DNA of 32,171 bases, taken from positions 1-32,171 of the IMG/VR virus record IMGVR_UViG_3300029539_000017; one strand, 5' to 3'. This stretch comes from a virus. The notes under the pieces were generated by a model. It saw only the letters and a program-made list of their open reading frames with translations, was not told the DNA's origin and searched no databases. Of this stretch, positions 8,875-19,321 are shown piece by piece. Made by a program: the position numbers and the translations under genes. Numbering within the stretch: position 1 is the first letter of the stretch; each line of letters opens with the position of its first letter.

Positions 8875-10056
8875 ATGTTAAGTGAAGAAGAACAAAGAGA
8901 ACAAGAGCGTAAAGAACGGCAAGAGCAAAGGAAGCAAGAACGCCTACAAAAACAGATTGAGAAAAGACGAAAGCTTGAAGAAAGAGAAAGAAAAAGTGTA
9001 AAGCGTGCTAGTGTATTTGAATTAGGAATGATGATATTTGTATCTAACAAAATTCGTGAAGTTTTAGAGAAAAGCACCGAAGAAAGCGCAAAATTTAATG
9101 TGATATTGGCAAAATCACTAGTAGATTTGCGTAAATTCACAAAAAAAGAATCAAAAAGCCTAAAAAAAGATGTAATTAAGGAATCAAAAAAGGATTTAGA
9201 AGAAAATAAGCAAGGAACACTTGATTTAATCAAAGAAGCAAGTGGAAAACCTATCAAAAATAAGCTCAAGATAGATTTATATATCAGTCCACAAAATGAC
9301 ACTTCAAAGCGTTGGAAGAAATATATCAAGACAAGTGCTAACACGTATGCAATCGGTAAAGATAAACTACCGGTATTCTTTACAAAGGTAGTTCAAGAAG
9401 AAGTTAAAAATGTAGTAGGTGGTAAATGCACAATTGATGATTCTTGTAGAAAAGCTATCTCAAAATTAGCAAATAGTGGCGTAAAGATTGTGGAATATGA
9501 TACAGGCGTTAAAAGAAATGTGGATGTATGGGTGAGACAACAAATGCAGTACGCAGAAAAGGAATCATCACAAGAAATTAACAATAAATGTGCAAAAGAT
9601 ATGGGAGTTACTGTATTTGAATTTGACGCTCACGCAAATGCAAGACCAAGTCATAAGAAGTGGCAAGGAAAGCGATACGACACGCAAGGGAAACTATATC
9701 CTAGTTTGTATCAGTTAACACATGGAGAAGAAAAAGACTATGGATGTAGACACTTCGCTCAACCTGTTTGGGATGTTGATATGCCTTATGCCTACACAAA
9801 AGAGCAGTTGAAGAATATTGATACAAAGCCTTTCACATTCCAAGGAAAAGAATATGAAGGATATGAAGCTAGGCAGTATCAAAGAGAATTAGAAAGAAAC
9901 ATCAGAGCGTTAAAAAGGGAAGTAATCTTATTGGACAATCAAGGATTAGGCAGTACAGAAACCAAAATCAAGCTAAAACACGCAAATGCAACGTATAAAG
10001 CTTTCAGTTCTGAAATGGGAGACAGAGTTCACAACGATAGGCTTAGAATTGGCTAA
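8875..10056 (+). CDS. Head morphogenesis / minor capsid protein (SPP1 gp7 / Mu F-like) with an unusual ~60-aa Glu/Arg/Lys-rich N-terminal extension.
   Basis: AGGGGG + ATG; C-terminal region …DAHANARPSHKKWQGKRYD… matches the Phage_Mu_F motif. Confidence 0.75.
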   Translation: MLSEEEQREQERKERQEQRKQERLQKQIEKRRKLEERERKSVKRASVFELGMMIFVSNKIREVLEKSTEESAKFNVILAKSLVDLRKFTKKESKSLKKDVIKESKKDLEENKQGTLDLIKEASGKPIKNKLKIDLYISPQNDTSKRWKKYIKTSANTYAIGKDKLPVFFTKVVQEEVKNVVGGKCTIDDSCRKAISKLANSGVKIVEYDTGVKRNVDVWVRQQMQYAEKESSQEINNKCAKDMGVTVFEFDAHANARPSHKKWQGKRYDTQGKLYPSLYQLTHGEEKDYGCRHFAQPVWDVDMPYAYTKEQLKNIDTKPFTFQGKEYEGYEARQYQRELERNIRALKREVILLDNQGLGSTETKIKLKHANATYKAFSSEMGDRVHNDRLRIG

Positions 10057-10202
10057 ATAGGTCTGTAACAGTGCGTATTGTATCTATATAGGTGTGTAAC
10101 AGTATAAACGCTCACATTGTGAGCTATTATTCAAGCTAAAATATAGTTAGCCAAAGCCATACCGGAGAAGATTCGGTTTATAAATAACTTTAGGAGGGCA
10201 AA

Positions 10203-10787
10203 ATGAAAAACATTATTGAAATTTTAAAAGAATCAAACATTGAATTAACCAAAGAGCAAGAGGACTCAATTACAAAGCTAGTAAATGACAACTATAAGAC
10301 GATTGCAGAGTTCGACAAGCAAAAAGATAAGCTATCTTTAGCAGAGAACAACGCAAAGGAAATTCAAACAAAGTTTGATAATTTCAAGAAAAGCTATGAT
10401 GGGGTTGATGTAGAAGAATTGAAAAATAAAATCAATACATTGACGAATGATATTGATACTCAAAAAACTACATACGAAACTCAGATTAGCAAAATGAATC
10501 TTGATTCTGTATTAAGTGCAAAAGCTAAAGAATACGGATGTAAAGATTTTGATTTAGCAAAATCACAATTCAACTATGATGATTTACTAAATTCAAAAGA
10601 CCAAACAAATGATATTGACAAAGCTTTTAAAACATTAAAAGAAAATAAGCCAATCTTATTTGAAGAAGAACAGAAAGGACCTACTGCAACAGGAAATATC
10701 GTTGGAAGCAGTGGTCAAGGGGAGAACCCAAATGCCGAAGATTTATTATTACGACAAGCAATGGGTTTAACTACAGAAAAGAAATAA
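10203..10787 (+). CDS. Scaffolding protein.
   Basis: AGGAGGG + ATG; acidic coiled-coil protein directly upstream of the capsid gene. Confidence 0.65.
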   Translation: MKNIIEILKESNIELTKEQEDSITKLVNDNYKTIAEFDKQKDKLSLAENNAKEIQTKFDNFKKSYDGVDVEELKNKINTLTNDIDTQKTTYETQISKMNLDSVLSAKAKEYGCKDFDLAKSQFNYDDLLNSKDQTNDIDKAFKTLKENKPILFEEEQKGPTATGNIVGSSGQGENPNAEDLLLRQAMGLTTEKK

Positions 10788-10801
10788 GGAGGATTTAATT
10801 A

Positions 10802-11671
10802 ATACCAAATCAAATTGCATTAGCTAAAACGTATGTCTCAAATTTGGATGAGGTATATAAGTTAGCTTCAGTTACAGGTGATTTAAATGCAGACGCTACA
10901 ATGGTACGAGCCGGAGCAAATGCAAAAGAAATCATCTATCCACAAATTTCTGTTAAAGGTTTAGGAAACTACGATAGAAACAGTGGTTATACAGGTAACT
11001 CAGTTAAGTTAGAATGGAAAACTGCTACATTCGACTATGATAGAGGAACTAAAATCTCAGTTGATACACAAGATAACGCAGAATCAATGAATATTGCGTT
11101 CGGTATGGCAGGAGCGGAATTAATGCGTACAAAGGTTGCACCGGAAGCAGACGCTTACACATTCGCTAAGATTGCCGGCACAACAGGAATCACAACAGTT
11201 GCCGAAGATTATACAACTTCAGAAGAGTTCTTGAGCGCATTATTAACGGCAACTACTAAAATGGATGAAGATGAAGTTCCTAGCGAACAACGTATCTTGT
11301 ATGCTACACCTACATTATTAAATGGCGTTAAGGCGTTGGACACTTACAAATCTCGTGAAGCTTTACAAGGATTTGCAAAAATTGTTCCTGTACCTTCAAC
11401 ACGATTCTATACAAAAATTAAATTGTTGAGTGGAAAAGATACAGAGTTAGATGGCGGATACAAAAAGGCAGAGGATGGACACGCAATCAACTTCTTAATT
11501 GTTCACAAACCTGCCGTAATGAAATGGGATAAACACACTGTTTCAAATGTGATTTCTGCAAGAAATAACATCGAATCAGATTCAGATGTATTGAAATATC
11601 GTAAATATGGAATCGTAGATGTATACGAAAATAAGGTAGCAGGAATTTACTTATCTGCTAGTGCGAAGTAA
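10802..11671 (+). CDS. Major capsid protein; start assigned to ATA 10802 (the first canonical start, TTG 10844, has no SD).
   Basis: Position after the scaffold gene. GGAGG at 10788-10792, in-frame stop at 10796, ATA 9 nt after the SD. The N-terminus IPNQIALAKTYVSNLDEVYKL reads like genuine protein sequence. Confidence 0.65.
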   Translation: MPNQIALAKTYVSNLDEVYKLASVTGDLNADATMVRAGANAKEIIYPQISVKGLGNYDRNSGYTGNSVKLEWKTATFDYDRGTKISVDTQDNAESMNIAFGMAGAELMRTKVAPEADAYTFAKIAGTTGITTVAEDYTTSEEFLSALLTATTKMDEDEVPSEQRILYATPTLLNGVKALDTYKSREALQGFAKIVPVPSTRFYTKIKLLSGKDTELDGGYKKAEDGHAINFLIVHKPAVMKWDKHTVSNVISARNNIESDSDVLKYRKYGIVDVYENKVAGIYLSASAK

Positions 11672-11820
11672 TGGCAGTGGAAATCGGATGGGGTTATCCT
11701 TCTATCACTAAAGAGGTTGAACAACCAAAAGGTGAAGAACCTACAGTTGATAAAGAAGTAAAAGAAGAACCTACAGAAGAAAAAGAGGAAGCTAAACCTC
11801 AACAAAAAAAGAAAAAGTAG
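11671..11820 (+). CDS. Possible small Lys/Glu-rich protein (49 aa) after the capsid gene.
   Basis: ATG overlapping the capsid stop; no SD; low complexity. Confidence 0.25.
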   Translation: MAVEIGWGYPSITKEVEQPKGEEPTVDKEVKEEPTEEKEEAKPQQKKKK

Positions 11821-11839
11821 CGTTAAAGGGGGTTGTAAA

Positions 11840-12187
11840 ATGAACAATATTTTAGATTGGGAATATTACAATTCCCATTTTCCTAAATTTGATGAAAGTC
11901 AATTCAATCAGTATTCTTACAAAGCGGAAGCAATGGTATTGAAGTATGTGAATGTTGATTTTATTAATGAACAGAACGAAAGCACTTTAAAAGATTGTAT
12001 CTGTGATGTATTAAACAATGTAATCTTTCAAGATTCGATTGATGGCGTATCAAGTATCTCAAATGGTGGATATTCCAAAAGCTTTATAAACACTACACAC
12101 TCAGATAAAAGAAACACGCTTGAGGATATCATAACCTTTTGGTTAGGAGATACAGATTTAATGAAAGAAAGATGGATTGCATTATGA
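11840..12187 (+). CDS. Head-tail connector / adaptor protein (by position).
   Basis: AAAGGGGG + ATG; first of four small genes between capsid and major tail. Confidence 0.5.
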   Translation: MNNILDWEYYNSHFPKFDESQFNQYSYKAEAMVLKYVNVDFINEQNESTLKDCICDVLNNVIFQDSIDGVSSISNGGYSKSFINTTHSDKRNTLEDIITFWLGDTDLMKERWIAL

Positions 12188-12603
12188 CAGGATTCTTTGA
12201 AGATTCAATTACACTTGTAAATCACTACTACGATACATTGACAAGAGAAGATAGGTTTCAAGCTTCTATTCTTGATAAATGTATGTGGAGACAATCAATT
12301 ATTAGAACTGCAAACGGTAATATTCTGAGCATAGCCACATCCACAAATATTACCATTTTATACCGTGAGGGATATGTTGAACCTTACGCATATGCAAAGC
12401 TTTCAAATGATGAAAAGCAAAAGCACTTCACATTAAATACAGATAAAACTGATTTCGTATTCTTTGGAGAAGTCGAAGAAGATTTATCTAACATCAAGGC
12501 AATCAATGAAGCGAAGAAAAAGCACAAATGGACAACAATTCAAAGCGTAACAGATTGTACGAATGTTGATATGTTGAAGCATTGGGAGGTTGTCGGTCAA
12601 TAG
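12184..12603 (+). CDS. Head closure / head-tail joining protein (by position).
   Basis: ATGA overlap with the upstream stop; 139 aa. Confidence 0.45.
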   Translation: MTGFFEDSITLVNHYYDTLTREDRFQASILDKCMWRQSIIRTANGNILSIATSTNITILYREGYVEPYAYAKLSNDEKQKHFTLNTDKTDFVFFGEVEEDLSNIKAINEAKKKHKWTTIQSVTDCTNVDMLKHWEVVGQ

Positions 12604-12605
12604 GA

Positions 12606-12962
12606 ATGAAAGTCAAACTTGATGTTAAATCAATTCCCCAAATTAAACAATCAAGAGGACTTGAAGAACGTGGCAGAGTACAACAAATGATTGATTCTGA
12701 AGTCATTAGGCTTATGTCCCCCTATACGCCTAGAGACACAGGAGCATTAATTAACTCGGCTACACGATTAACACAAATTGGTAGCGGATTAGTAAAGCAA
12801 GGTGGACCAAGTGCACCTTATGCTAGACGTTGGTATTACAACAAAGAGAACGCTCATTTCGTTGGAGGTAAAACAGACCATTGGTTTGAAAAAGCTATGC
12901 GAAATGGTGGCGCAGAAACAATCTTAAAGAAAGCACAACAAATGATAGGAGACGGAGAATGA
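12606..12962 (+). CDS. HK97 gp10-like tail component. An alternative in-frame ATA at 12600 lies 9 nt after GGAGG.
   Basis: MKVKLDVKSIP…PRDTGALINS resembles the HK97_gp10 family N-terminus. Confidence 0.5.
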   Translation: MKVKLDVKSIPQIKQSRGLEERGRVQQMIDSEVIRLMSPYTPRDTGALINSATRLTQIGSGLVKQGGPSAPYARRWYYNKENAHFVGGKTDHWFEKAMRNGGAETILKKAQQMIGDGE

Positions 12963-13378
12963 CAGTATCAAAAGCATTGATTCAATGGCTATATGGCTAT
13001 GGAAATATACAGATAGATGAACGTATTGAAACGGATGTTTTAGCGCAACAAGCTATCTCTTATGCGTTATACAAAGAACCTAACGCAATTGTAGATGCAT
13101 ACATTGACGGCTCTCAAATGCGTACAGAATACTACACGTTTCTAGCACGTAGGAATACACAAATCGAAGCCGAAAGACAAGATAACAATGTTTTTCTAGA
13201 AGAATTAGAAAATTGGATTGACGAAAAGAATTTAAGCGGAGAATTACCACAACTAGACGGAAACAGACATTGTGAGGATGTTTCCGTTTCAAGTGGTTTA
13301 TATCTATACACAAATGAGGATAGTCAAGCAGTATACGCCTTGACAATTCAAATTAAATACAGAAAGGAGCTTAATTAA
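12959..13378 (+). CDS. Tail completion protein (by position).
   Basis: AGGAGACGGAGA + ATG; 139 aa. Confidence 0.45.
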   Translation: MTVSKALIQWLYGYGNIQIDERIETDVLAQQAISYALYKEPNAIVDAYIDGSQMRTEYYTFLARRNTQIEAERQDNNVFLEELENWIDEKNLSGELPQLDGNRHCEDVSVSSGLYLYTNEDSQAVYALTIQIKYRKELN

Positions 13379-13884
13379 TAGCAACTCAAGGAACTGAAGT
13401 AAATACAGGACAGACAGTCAAGAAGTATATGATTGGATTGTTCTTAGAAATGGGAACAGGTTACAAGCGAATTAAGAAGTCTACAACTTTAGATATTTCG
13501 TTTAACAGTGAAACTGAAACGTATGACTTTATCGCAGATAAGAACCCAACAGAATCATTAAAGAGTTATTCACCTCAGATTTCGCAAGATTTAACAATGA
13601 TTAAAGGCGAAGATGACTTTGAATACATTTACGAACAAATGATGAAATCCGTACCAAACAACGAAGAAGTAAATACAAAAGCTTTACTTGTATTTATGTT
13701 TGACGGAGACAAAACTAAAGGCTATAAAGCGTGGGAAGTTGACGCTAAATTGATTTTCGATACATTAAGCGGTGTCGATTCAAAAATCAACTTCAATATT
13801 AACTTTGCAAGCGATATTCGTGTCGGTGTTGCAAAGGTAGCAGATGGAACAGTAACCTTCACAGAAGGCACATCAGAAGTATAA
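13378..13884 (+). CDS. Major tail protein; start assigned to ATA 13378 (ATG 13429 has no SD).
   Basis: GGAG at 13366-13369, in-frame stop at 13372, ATA 8 nt after the SD. Size and position fit a major tail protein. Confidence 0.6.
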   Translation: MATQGTEVNTGQTVKKYMIGLFLEMGTGYKRIKKSTTLDISFNSETETYDFIADKNPTESLKSYSPQISQDLTMIKGEDDFEYIYEQMMKSVPNNEEVNTKALLVFMFDGDKTKGYKAWEVDAKLIFDTLSGVDSKINFNINFASDIRVGVAKVADGTVTFTEGTSEV

Positions 13885-13902
13885 AGAAAGAAGAGGTAAA
13901 TC

Positions 13903-14265
13903 ATGAATAGAATCACGTATGAAGGGAAGCAGTATGAAATCCCACCTAAAACAATTGAAGTTTTAAAAGCAGAGGACGCTTGTAATGCATTTCACGCTAC
14001 ACATGAAGAAGCATATCGAGCTAAATTCGACTATCTGAAAACAGTATTAACAGATGAACAATTAGAAAGCATGTTAGGTAGCGTAGATATTGAACAAGTA
14101 GATTTAATGGAAGTGTTATATATTGTGAATTTAATTGATGAAGAATATTCAAGAAGAACAAATGAACAAGCAATGAAGAAAGCTAGAACATTAATGAACG
14201 ATAAAGCAATCAAAAGCTTAATTGATGCAAGCAATGCAGTTTCAAAAGTTACGGCGAAGAAATGA
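13903..14265 (+). CDS. Tail assembly chaperone (G-like, by position).
   Basis: AGAGGT + ATG; 120 aa, directly upstream of the second chaperone-like ORF and the TMP. Confidence 0.45.
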   Translation: MNRITYEGKQYEIPPKTIEVLKAEDACNAFHATHEEAYRAKFDYLKTVLTDEQLESMLGSVDIEQVDLMEVLYIVNLIDEEYSRRTNEQAMKKARTLMNDKAIKSLIDASNAVSKVTAKK

Positions 14266-14825
14266 TTGATTTACGCATAAAAGGCTTGCCAAATAGCATA
14301 CAATCGCTAAATGGCGAGCCTATTTTATTAAATACAGATTTTCGGTTGTGGATTCGCTTCTATGAAGAATTTGAAAGATTCAATAATCATGTTATTGATG
14401 AAATAGATTGTTCTTATTTATTCGTAGATGAGCCACCTATTATAGATAAGCATATTTTAAAAGAGCTAAAACGATTCTTATATAACCCTTCTAGTACGCC
14501 TAGAAGTGATTCTACAGGCGTTAAGACATTAGATTATGTACAAGATGGGGAATATATTTATTCGGCGTTTATGCAACTTTACGGCATTGACTTAACGGAA
14601 TGTGATATGCACTGGCATAAGTTCTTAGCACTAGCAAACAATATTGTAGGTGATTCTACATTGTGGGGATATGCAAAGAGTGTTAGAGGGTATGAAAAGC
14701 CTTCAAAGAATGATACACAGGATAAAGCATATCAAAGAGCAAAAGAAGCGTGGTCTTTCCCAATCGAATTAACAATAGAGGAACAAGAAATGAAAGATGA
14801 ATTTGATTCATATTTTAATGTTTAG
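14262..14825 (+). CDS. Second tail assembly chaperone-like protein (T-like position; in the -1 frame relative to the upstream gene but has its own ATG).
   Basis: ATGA overlap; 187 aa; no canonical slippery heptamer found. Confidence 0.4.
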   Translation: MIDLRIKGLPNSIQSLNGEPILLNTDFRLWIRFYEEFERFNNHVIDEIDCSYLFVDEPPIIDKHILKELKRFLYNPSSTPRSDSTGVKTLDYVQDGEYIYSAFMQLYGIDLTECDMHWHKFLALANNIVGDSTLWGYAKSVRGYEKPSKNDTQDKAYQRAKEAWSFPIELTIEEQEMKDEFDSYFNV

Positions 14826-14845
14826 AAAAGGAGGTGGCAAATTGA

Positions 14846-17425
14846 ATATCAGACGGAACATTAAAGTTTGATACAAAGATAGACACAAGTGGTCTAGAGA
14901 ATGGTATTAAATCTGTAAAGGTTGTATCAAGTGAAGCCACAAATGCTATCAAAGATACTTCAAAAGCGATTGATAAGCTAGGTTCTGATGGTTCAAAAGC
15001 ACCGCCAAAAATTAAAGAAAAACTTAAAGATTTAAACGAAGAGCAAAAGAATACACAAACCGAAACGCAAGAAACAGGTTCAAAGTTTGATGTATTTAAG
15101 CAAGTAGGAAACAGTGCCTTAGAATCAATTCAAGGTGGATTTGATGGACTGCTAGAGAAGATTCAGAATATTAGTCCGGAAGCTTCTGCAATTACTGAAA
15201 CATTAACAGGTTTAGGCGTTGGAGGTGTCGTTGGTGTTACTGCCGTAGCAGGAGCAGTTGGTGGTATGGCACTAGCGATTAAGGCCGGTGTCAATCAAGC
15301 TACTGAATTAGATGACGCTATGGCTAAATTCCAAGCTCAGACAGGTGCTTCAAGTAATGAAATGAGCAAATTTAAAAACATTGCTCGTGATGTTTGGTCA
15401 AATAATTTCGGTGAAGATATTTCAGATGTTGCCGATATGATGGCACGTGTTAAACAACAAATGCAAGGCATAAGTGATGTTGACCTAAAGAATGTGACCG
15501 AGGATTTGATTACATTAAGAGACGCTTATGGAATGGATGAGAATGAGACCTTAAGAGGTGCGAAACAATTAATGGAACAGTTTGGAATCAGTTCCGAAAA
15601 AGCTTTTGACCTTATAGCAAAAGGTGCTCAGAATGGTTTGGATTATTCCGGAGAATTAGGTGATAATATTGCAGAATACGCAGGTAAATTCAAGCAAGCA
15701 GGATATTCGGCAGAAGAATATTTACAAACTATTACAAATGGTGTAAAAAGTGGTTCTTATAACCTTGATAAAGCGCATGACGCAGTAAATGAAATTACTA
15801 CACAAATGTCAAACGGAACTATTGAAAAAGCGTTAGATAGTTTCAATGATAAGACAAAAGAAGTTTTTCAAGCATATAAAGAAGGTGGCGCAACACAAAA
15901 AGATGTGCAAGACGCAATCATCCAAGATATTAAGGAAACAACAAATCAACAAGAAGCATTAAACAAAGCAAGTATTGCATTCGGCACAATGGGAGAAGAT
16001 TTCAACCTTAAGTTTATAACATCTTTATCATCTGTAGGGGATGAATATAACAATGTAGCCGGAACAATGGATAAGGTTAAAGATATTGCAAATGGTGGCT
16101 TAAAAAACGCTTTAAGTGGTTTAGGACGTGCATTTCTTGATTCATTTACTCCAATAGGCGAACTTATTACCCCTATTCTTTCCGGTATCATTGTATTAAT
16201 TACATTAGCTATACAAGATATTCAACAAGGGTTTGCCAAAGTCGGTGAAGTTATTTCAAGCGTATTTGGTAGCATTGATACAAGTGGAATCACAAATATC
16301 GTTAACCAAGTTTCCAAAGTCTTAAAGCCTGCATTTGATGAAGTAAAAAAAGCAATTGAGCAGATGAAAGTTGCACTTGAACCTATCGCAAAAGAAATTT
16401 TAGGCAAGATAGGCAGTGCAATTCAAAATGTAGTAAACCAAGCTCAAAAGATTCTTAGCGTAGTAGGCCCACCGATTCTAGCAATCATTAAAAAGATTAT
16501 TCAAACAGTTATCGGCATGATTCCTGTAATAACATCTATTCTTCAAGTAGTTGGAAGTGTGGTAAGTGGAATCATTTCATTCATAAATATGGTTGTAACG
16601 TATGTTGGAACTGCAATTGCAAAAATACTAGGATTTATCATGCCTATTGTTCAAATTGTTGCTACAATCGTAGCGAATATTTGGTCTGTAATATTAACAG
16701 TTGCGCAGAATATTTGGAGCAAAGTCAGTGAAGTAGTAACTGCAATTATTGGATTTGTAAGCAATTTGTTTAAAATAGTTTCGGATGTAGTAGGCAAAAT
16801 TTGGAGCAATATTCAAGATTCCATGAACAAGGTAAGAGACAAGGTTCAAGGCGTTATTGATAATATCAATAACTATTTCAATAATGTTAAGAGCACTGTT
16901 TCAGATGTATTCAATGGAATTTGGTCTAAAGTTCAAGGCGTAATGGATAATGTAGGGAATAAAATTTCAAATGTCCTACAAGGAATACAAAATTCATGGA
17001 GCGGTTTAAAAGGATTTGTAAGTGGTGTGTTTGGTGGAATTGAAGGAGCAGTTAGTTCATTAGTTGGAAGTGTAAAAGGAATGGTAAATGGTGTTATCGG
17101 TGGTATTAATGGGGCAATCGGTATCATCAATAAGATTCCCGGAGTTCACATTGGAAAGATTCCAAGACTAGAGCGTGGTGGTGTATTGAAACGTGGTCAA
17201 ATTGGTTTGTTGGAAGGTAATGGAGCGGAAGCCGTCGTACCTTTAGAAAAAAATAAAGCGTGGATTCGTGCCGTAGCTAAAGATATGGCTCAAATCATGC
17301 CTAGCGTAACAACAAATAACAACGGACAGACTATCAACTTCTACAATAAAGTTCAAAGTCCGGATGAGATAGCTAGAATGTTACGTATGCAAGCAAGATA
17401 TGGATATGGAGGTGTAGTTCAATAG
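14846..17425 (+). CDS. Tail tape measure protein (~859 aa); start assigned to ATA 14846 (the first canonical start is ATG 15266, 140 codons downstream in an open frame).
   Basis: The frame is open from the stop at 14843. AAAGGAGGTGG at 14827-14837. N-terminus SDGTLKFDTKIDTSGL and a long hydrophobic/Gly-rich central region typical of TMPs. Confidence 0.8.
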   Translation: MSDGTLKFDTKIDTSGLENGIKSVKVVSSEATNAIKDTSKAIDKLGSDGSKAPPKIKEKLKDLNEEQKNTQTETQETGSKFDVFKQVGNSALESIQGGFDGLLEKIQNISPEASAITETLTGLGVGGVVGVTAVAGAVGGMALAIKAGVNQATELDDAMAKFQAQTGASSNEMSKFKNIARDVWSNNFGEDISDVADMMARVKQQMQGISDVDLKNVTEDLITLRDAYGMDENETLRGAKQLMEQFGISSEKAFDLIAKGAQNGLDYSGELGDNIAEYAGKFKQAGYSAEEYLQTITNGVKSGSYNLDKAHDAVNEITTQMSNGTIEKALDSFNDKTKEVFQAYKEGGATQKDVQDAIIQDIKETTNQQEALNKASIAFGTMGEDFNLKFITSLSSVGDEYNNVAGTMDKVKDIANGGLKNALSGLGRAFLDSFTPIGELITPILSGIIVLITLAIQDIQQGFAKVGEVISSVFGSIDTSGITNIVNQVSKVLKPAFDEVKKAIEQMKVALEPIAKEILGKIGSAIQNVVNQAQKILSVVGPPILAIIKKIIQTVIGMIPVITSILQVVGSVVSGIISFINMVVTYVGTAIAKILGFIMPIVQIVATIVANIWSVILTVAQNIWSKVSEVVTAIIGFVSNLFKIVSDVVGKIWSNIQDSMNKVRDKVQGVIDNINNYFNNVKSTVSDVFNGIWSKVQGVMDNVGNKISNVLQGIQNSWSGLKGFVSGVFGGIEGAVSSLVGSVKGMVNGVIGGINGAIGIINKIPGVHIGKIPRLERGGVLKRGQIGLLEGNGAEAVVPLEKNKAWIRAVAKDMAQIMPSVTTNNNGQTINFYNKVQSPDEIARMLRMQARYGYGGVVQ

Positions 17426-18294
17426 ATATCAATAAGGTAAGAGTTATCGTCCGTAGGGATGATGGCATAGAATTTGAAATCGACAACCAAAACAGATGGA
17501 GAATACCATCTAGTGACGGTTTGGATGGATTCGATTACGTAGCACCTTCATATACAACTCAAGACAATGCATTTGGAAATGGCGCTAGATTAATTGGTTC
17601 ACGTATTCCAACAAAAGAAAGAAGCGTAAAAGCTATCTTTAAAGGCTCATTAGAAGAGAAAAGAGAAGAAAGGGAGAAGCTACGGCGCTTCTTCCAATAT
17701 TCTCATGTATTTGATGTTATCGTTGAGTACATGGGAGAAAAGAAATATTGCAGAGGTCGTTTATATGCGTATAGCTTGCCTACTGTTAACATCTACAAAG
17801 AATTAGAGCTTAACTTCACGATATTATGCACGCAACCTTTATTGCTTTCATTTGATGATTTTGCAAGAAATATTGCAGAAATTGGCGAAGGTTTAGCGTT
17901 CAATTTTGAAATACCGGAAACAGGCGTAAACTTTGGAACATTTACATTCGCTAGAGAAATCTATATTGATAATCAAGGCGATACAGAAACATACTGTAGA
18001 GCCGTTATTGAAGCGTTTGGAGATGTGATGAATCCGAAACTTTTTAATAAAGATAAATATATTCGTGTATTAGATACGCTACACAATGGTGATGTATTAG
18101 AAATTGATTTAGTTTCTGAGCCTATTTCGATTAAAAAGAATGGTGTGAATTGTATCGGTAAAGTCGACAGAACCTCATCATTTAATGATATGACGATTCA
18201 ATTGGGCGAGAATATCATAGGATATACGGCAGACAATGGAGATACGAACTTAGCTTGTACGGTATATTACAATGAAAGGTATTTAGGTATATAG
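17422..18294 (+). CDS. Distal tail protein (Dit); start assigned to ATA 17422 (the first canonical start is TTG 17521).
   Basis: GGAGG at 17408-17412 and ATA 9 nt later, overlapping the TMP stop (ATAG). Position after the TMP. Confidence 0.6.
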   Translation: MDINKVRVIVRRDDGIEFEIDNQNRWRIPSSDGLDGFDYVAPSYTTQDNAFGNGARLIGSRIPTKERSVKAIFKGSLEEKREEREKLRRFFQYSHVFDVIVEYMGEKKYCRGRLYAYSLPTVNIYKELELNFTILCTQPLLLSFDDFARNIAEIGEGLAFNFEIPETGVNFGTFTFAREIYIDNQGDTETYCRAVIEAFGDVMNPKLFNKDKYIRVLDTLHNGDVLEIDLVSEPISIKKNGVNCIGKVDRTSSFNDMTIQLGENIIGYTADNGDTNLACTVYYNERYLGI

Positions 18295-18295
18295 T

Positions 18296-19309
18296 ATGTC
18301 TTACTTTGGATTAGATAAAGATTTCAACATTGTTACACATCTAGCTCCTTATAACGTGCAGTGGAATAGGCGATATTATGAAACAGGAGATTTCGAGATT
18401 TATATTGATATAGGGCAGTATTCAAGCGATATTAAATATATTTATTCAACTGAGGATAAAGAGTTAGGAATTGTAGAAATACCACATTATTCGGCGTCAA
18501 ATAACACGAAACAAATGTTGTTAAAAGGTTCATTTTTTGAAAAGATTCTAGCAGATGATTGTATTTATCCTACATTCTCAAGTAGCGGAAAAATTGTTGA
18601 TGTTGTCAAAAAGCTATTAGACAAGTATTGCTCATGGAAAATGGGGTATAGATATGATGAATCCATTACCGATAGAGTAGATTTTCAAGAAACAGGAGCG
18701 AACCTTGACGAGAAGCTTTATGAGTTGTTATATCCGTTAGAATTGTCGTTCCGTATAGAATATGACTATGTATCGAGTACGTTCACATTCGTGTTGTATC
18801 GTGGTCGTGACTTGACTCAGAACAATGCAGATGGAAACAACTTTGTTACATTCTCTACAGAGTTTGGAAACATTGAAGAACCGGACGTTATGATTGATTC
18901 TAGTAAATACAAGAACTATGCAATCATTTGTGGTGAAGGACAGTCAGAAGAGCGTATTTATGTAGAATATGACGCTAGGATAGATAAGAATGAACGGATT
19001 AAAAAATTGTTCGTAGACGCACGTTCTGAGCGTATGGGTGATGATGTGACACTTGAGGATTACAAGAAAGCATTGATTCAAAAAGGAATTGAAAAACTAG
19101 CAGATTGTCAAATTGAAGAAAATGTGAATTTCGGATTGAATACTGATTCGTACGAATACAAGGTTGATTTTGATTTAGGGGATAAAGTGGATGTTATAGT
19201 AGCAGATATTGGGTTAGTAATGACGGCAAGAATTAGAAATATATTTGAAGTCATTAAGAATGGATATAGAACCTTAGAATTAGAGGTTGATAATTTAAGA
19301 ATCATGTAA
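18296..19309 (+). CDS. Tail tip protein Tal, short form (337 aa; structural N-terminal domain only, no fibre extension).
   Basis: Immediately follows Dit; size and composition consistent with the Sipho_tail N-terminal domain. Confidence 0.5.
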   Translation: MSYFGLDKDFNIVTHLAPYNVQWNRRYYETGDFEIYIDIGQYSSDIKYIYSTEDKELGIVEIPHYSASNNTKQMLLKGSFFEKILADDCIYPTFSSSGKIVDVVKKLLDKYCSWKMGYRYDESITDRVDFQETGANLDEKLYELLYPLELSFRIEYDYVSSTFTFVLYRGRDLTQNNADGNNFVTFSTEFGNIEEPDVMIDSSKYKNYAIICGEGQSEERIYVEYDARIDKNERIKKLFVDARSERMGDDVTLEDYKKALIQKGIEKLADCQIEENVNFGLNTDSYEYKVDFDLGDKVDVIVADIGLVMTARIRNIFEVIKNGYRTLELEVDNLRIM

Positions 19310-19321
19310 GGAGTGAATTTA

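Noticed and set aside
14226-14265. Programmed -1 frameshift fusing the two tail chaperone ORFs (G/GT arrangement).
   Set aside because: The second ORF is in the -1 frame and open from 14226, but no XXXYYYZ slippery heptamer is present in the overlap and the second ORF has its own ATG overlapping the stop (ATGA). Treated as separate coupled genes.
14842-14871. TTG 14842 (7 nt after GGAGG) as a start followed by a frameshift into the tape measure frame.
   Set aside because: It encodes only 9 codons before TGA; no slippery site. The in-frame ATA 14846 is the simpler explanation.
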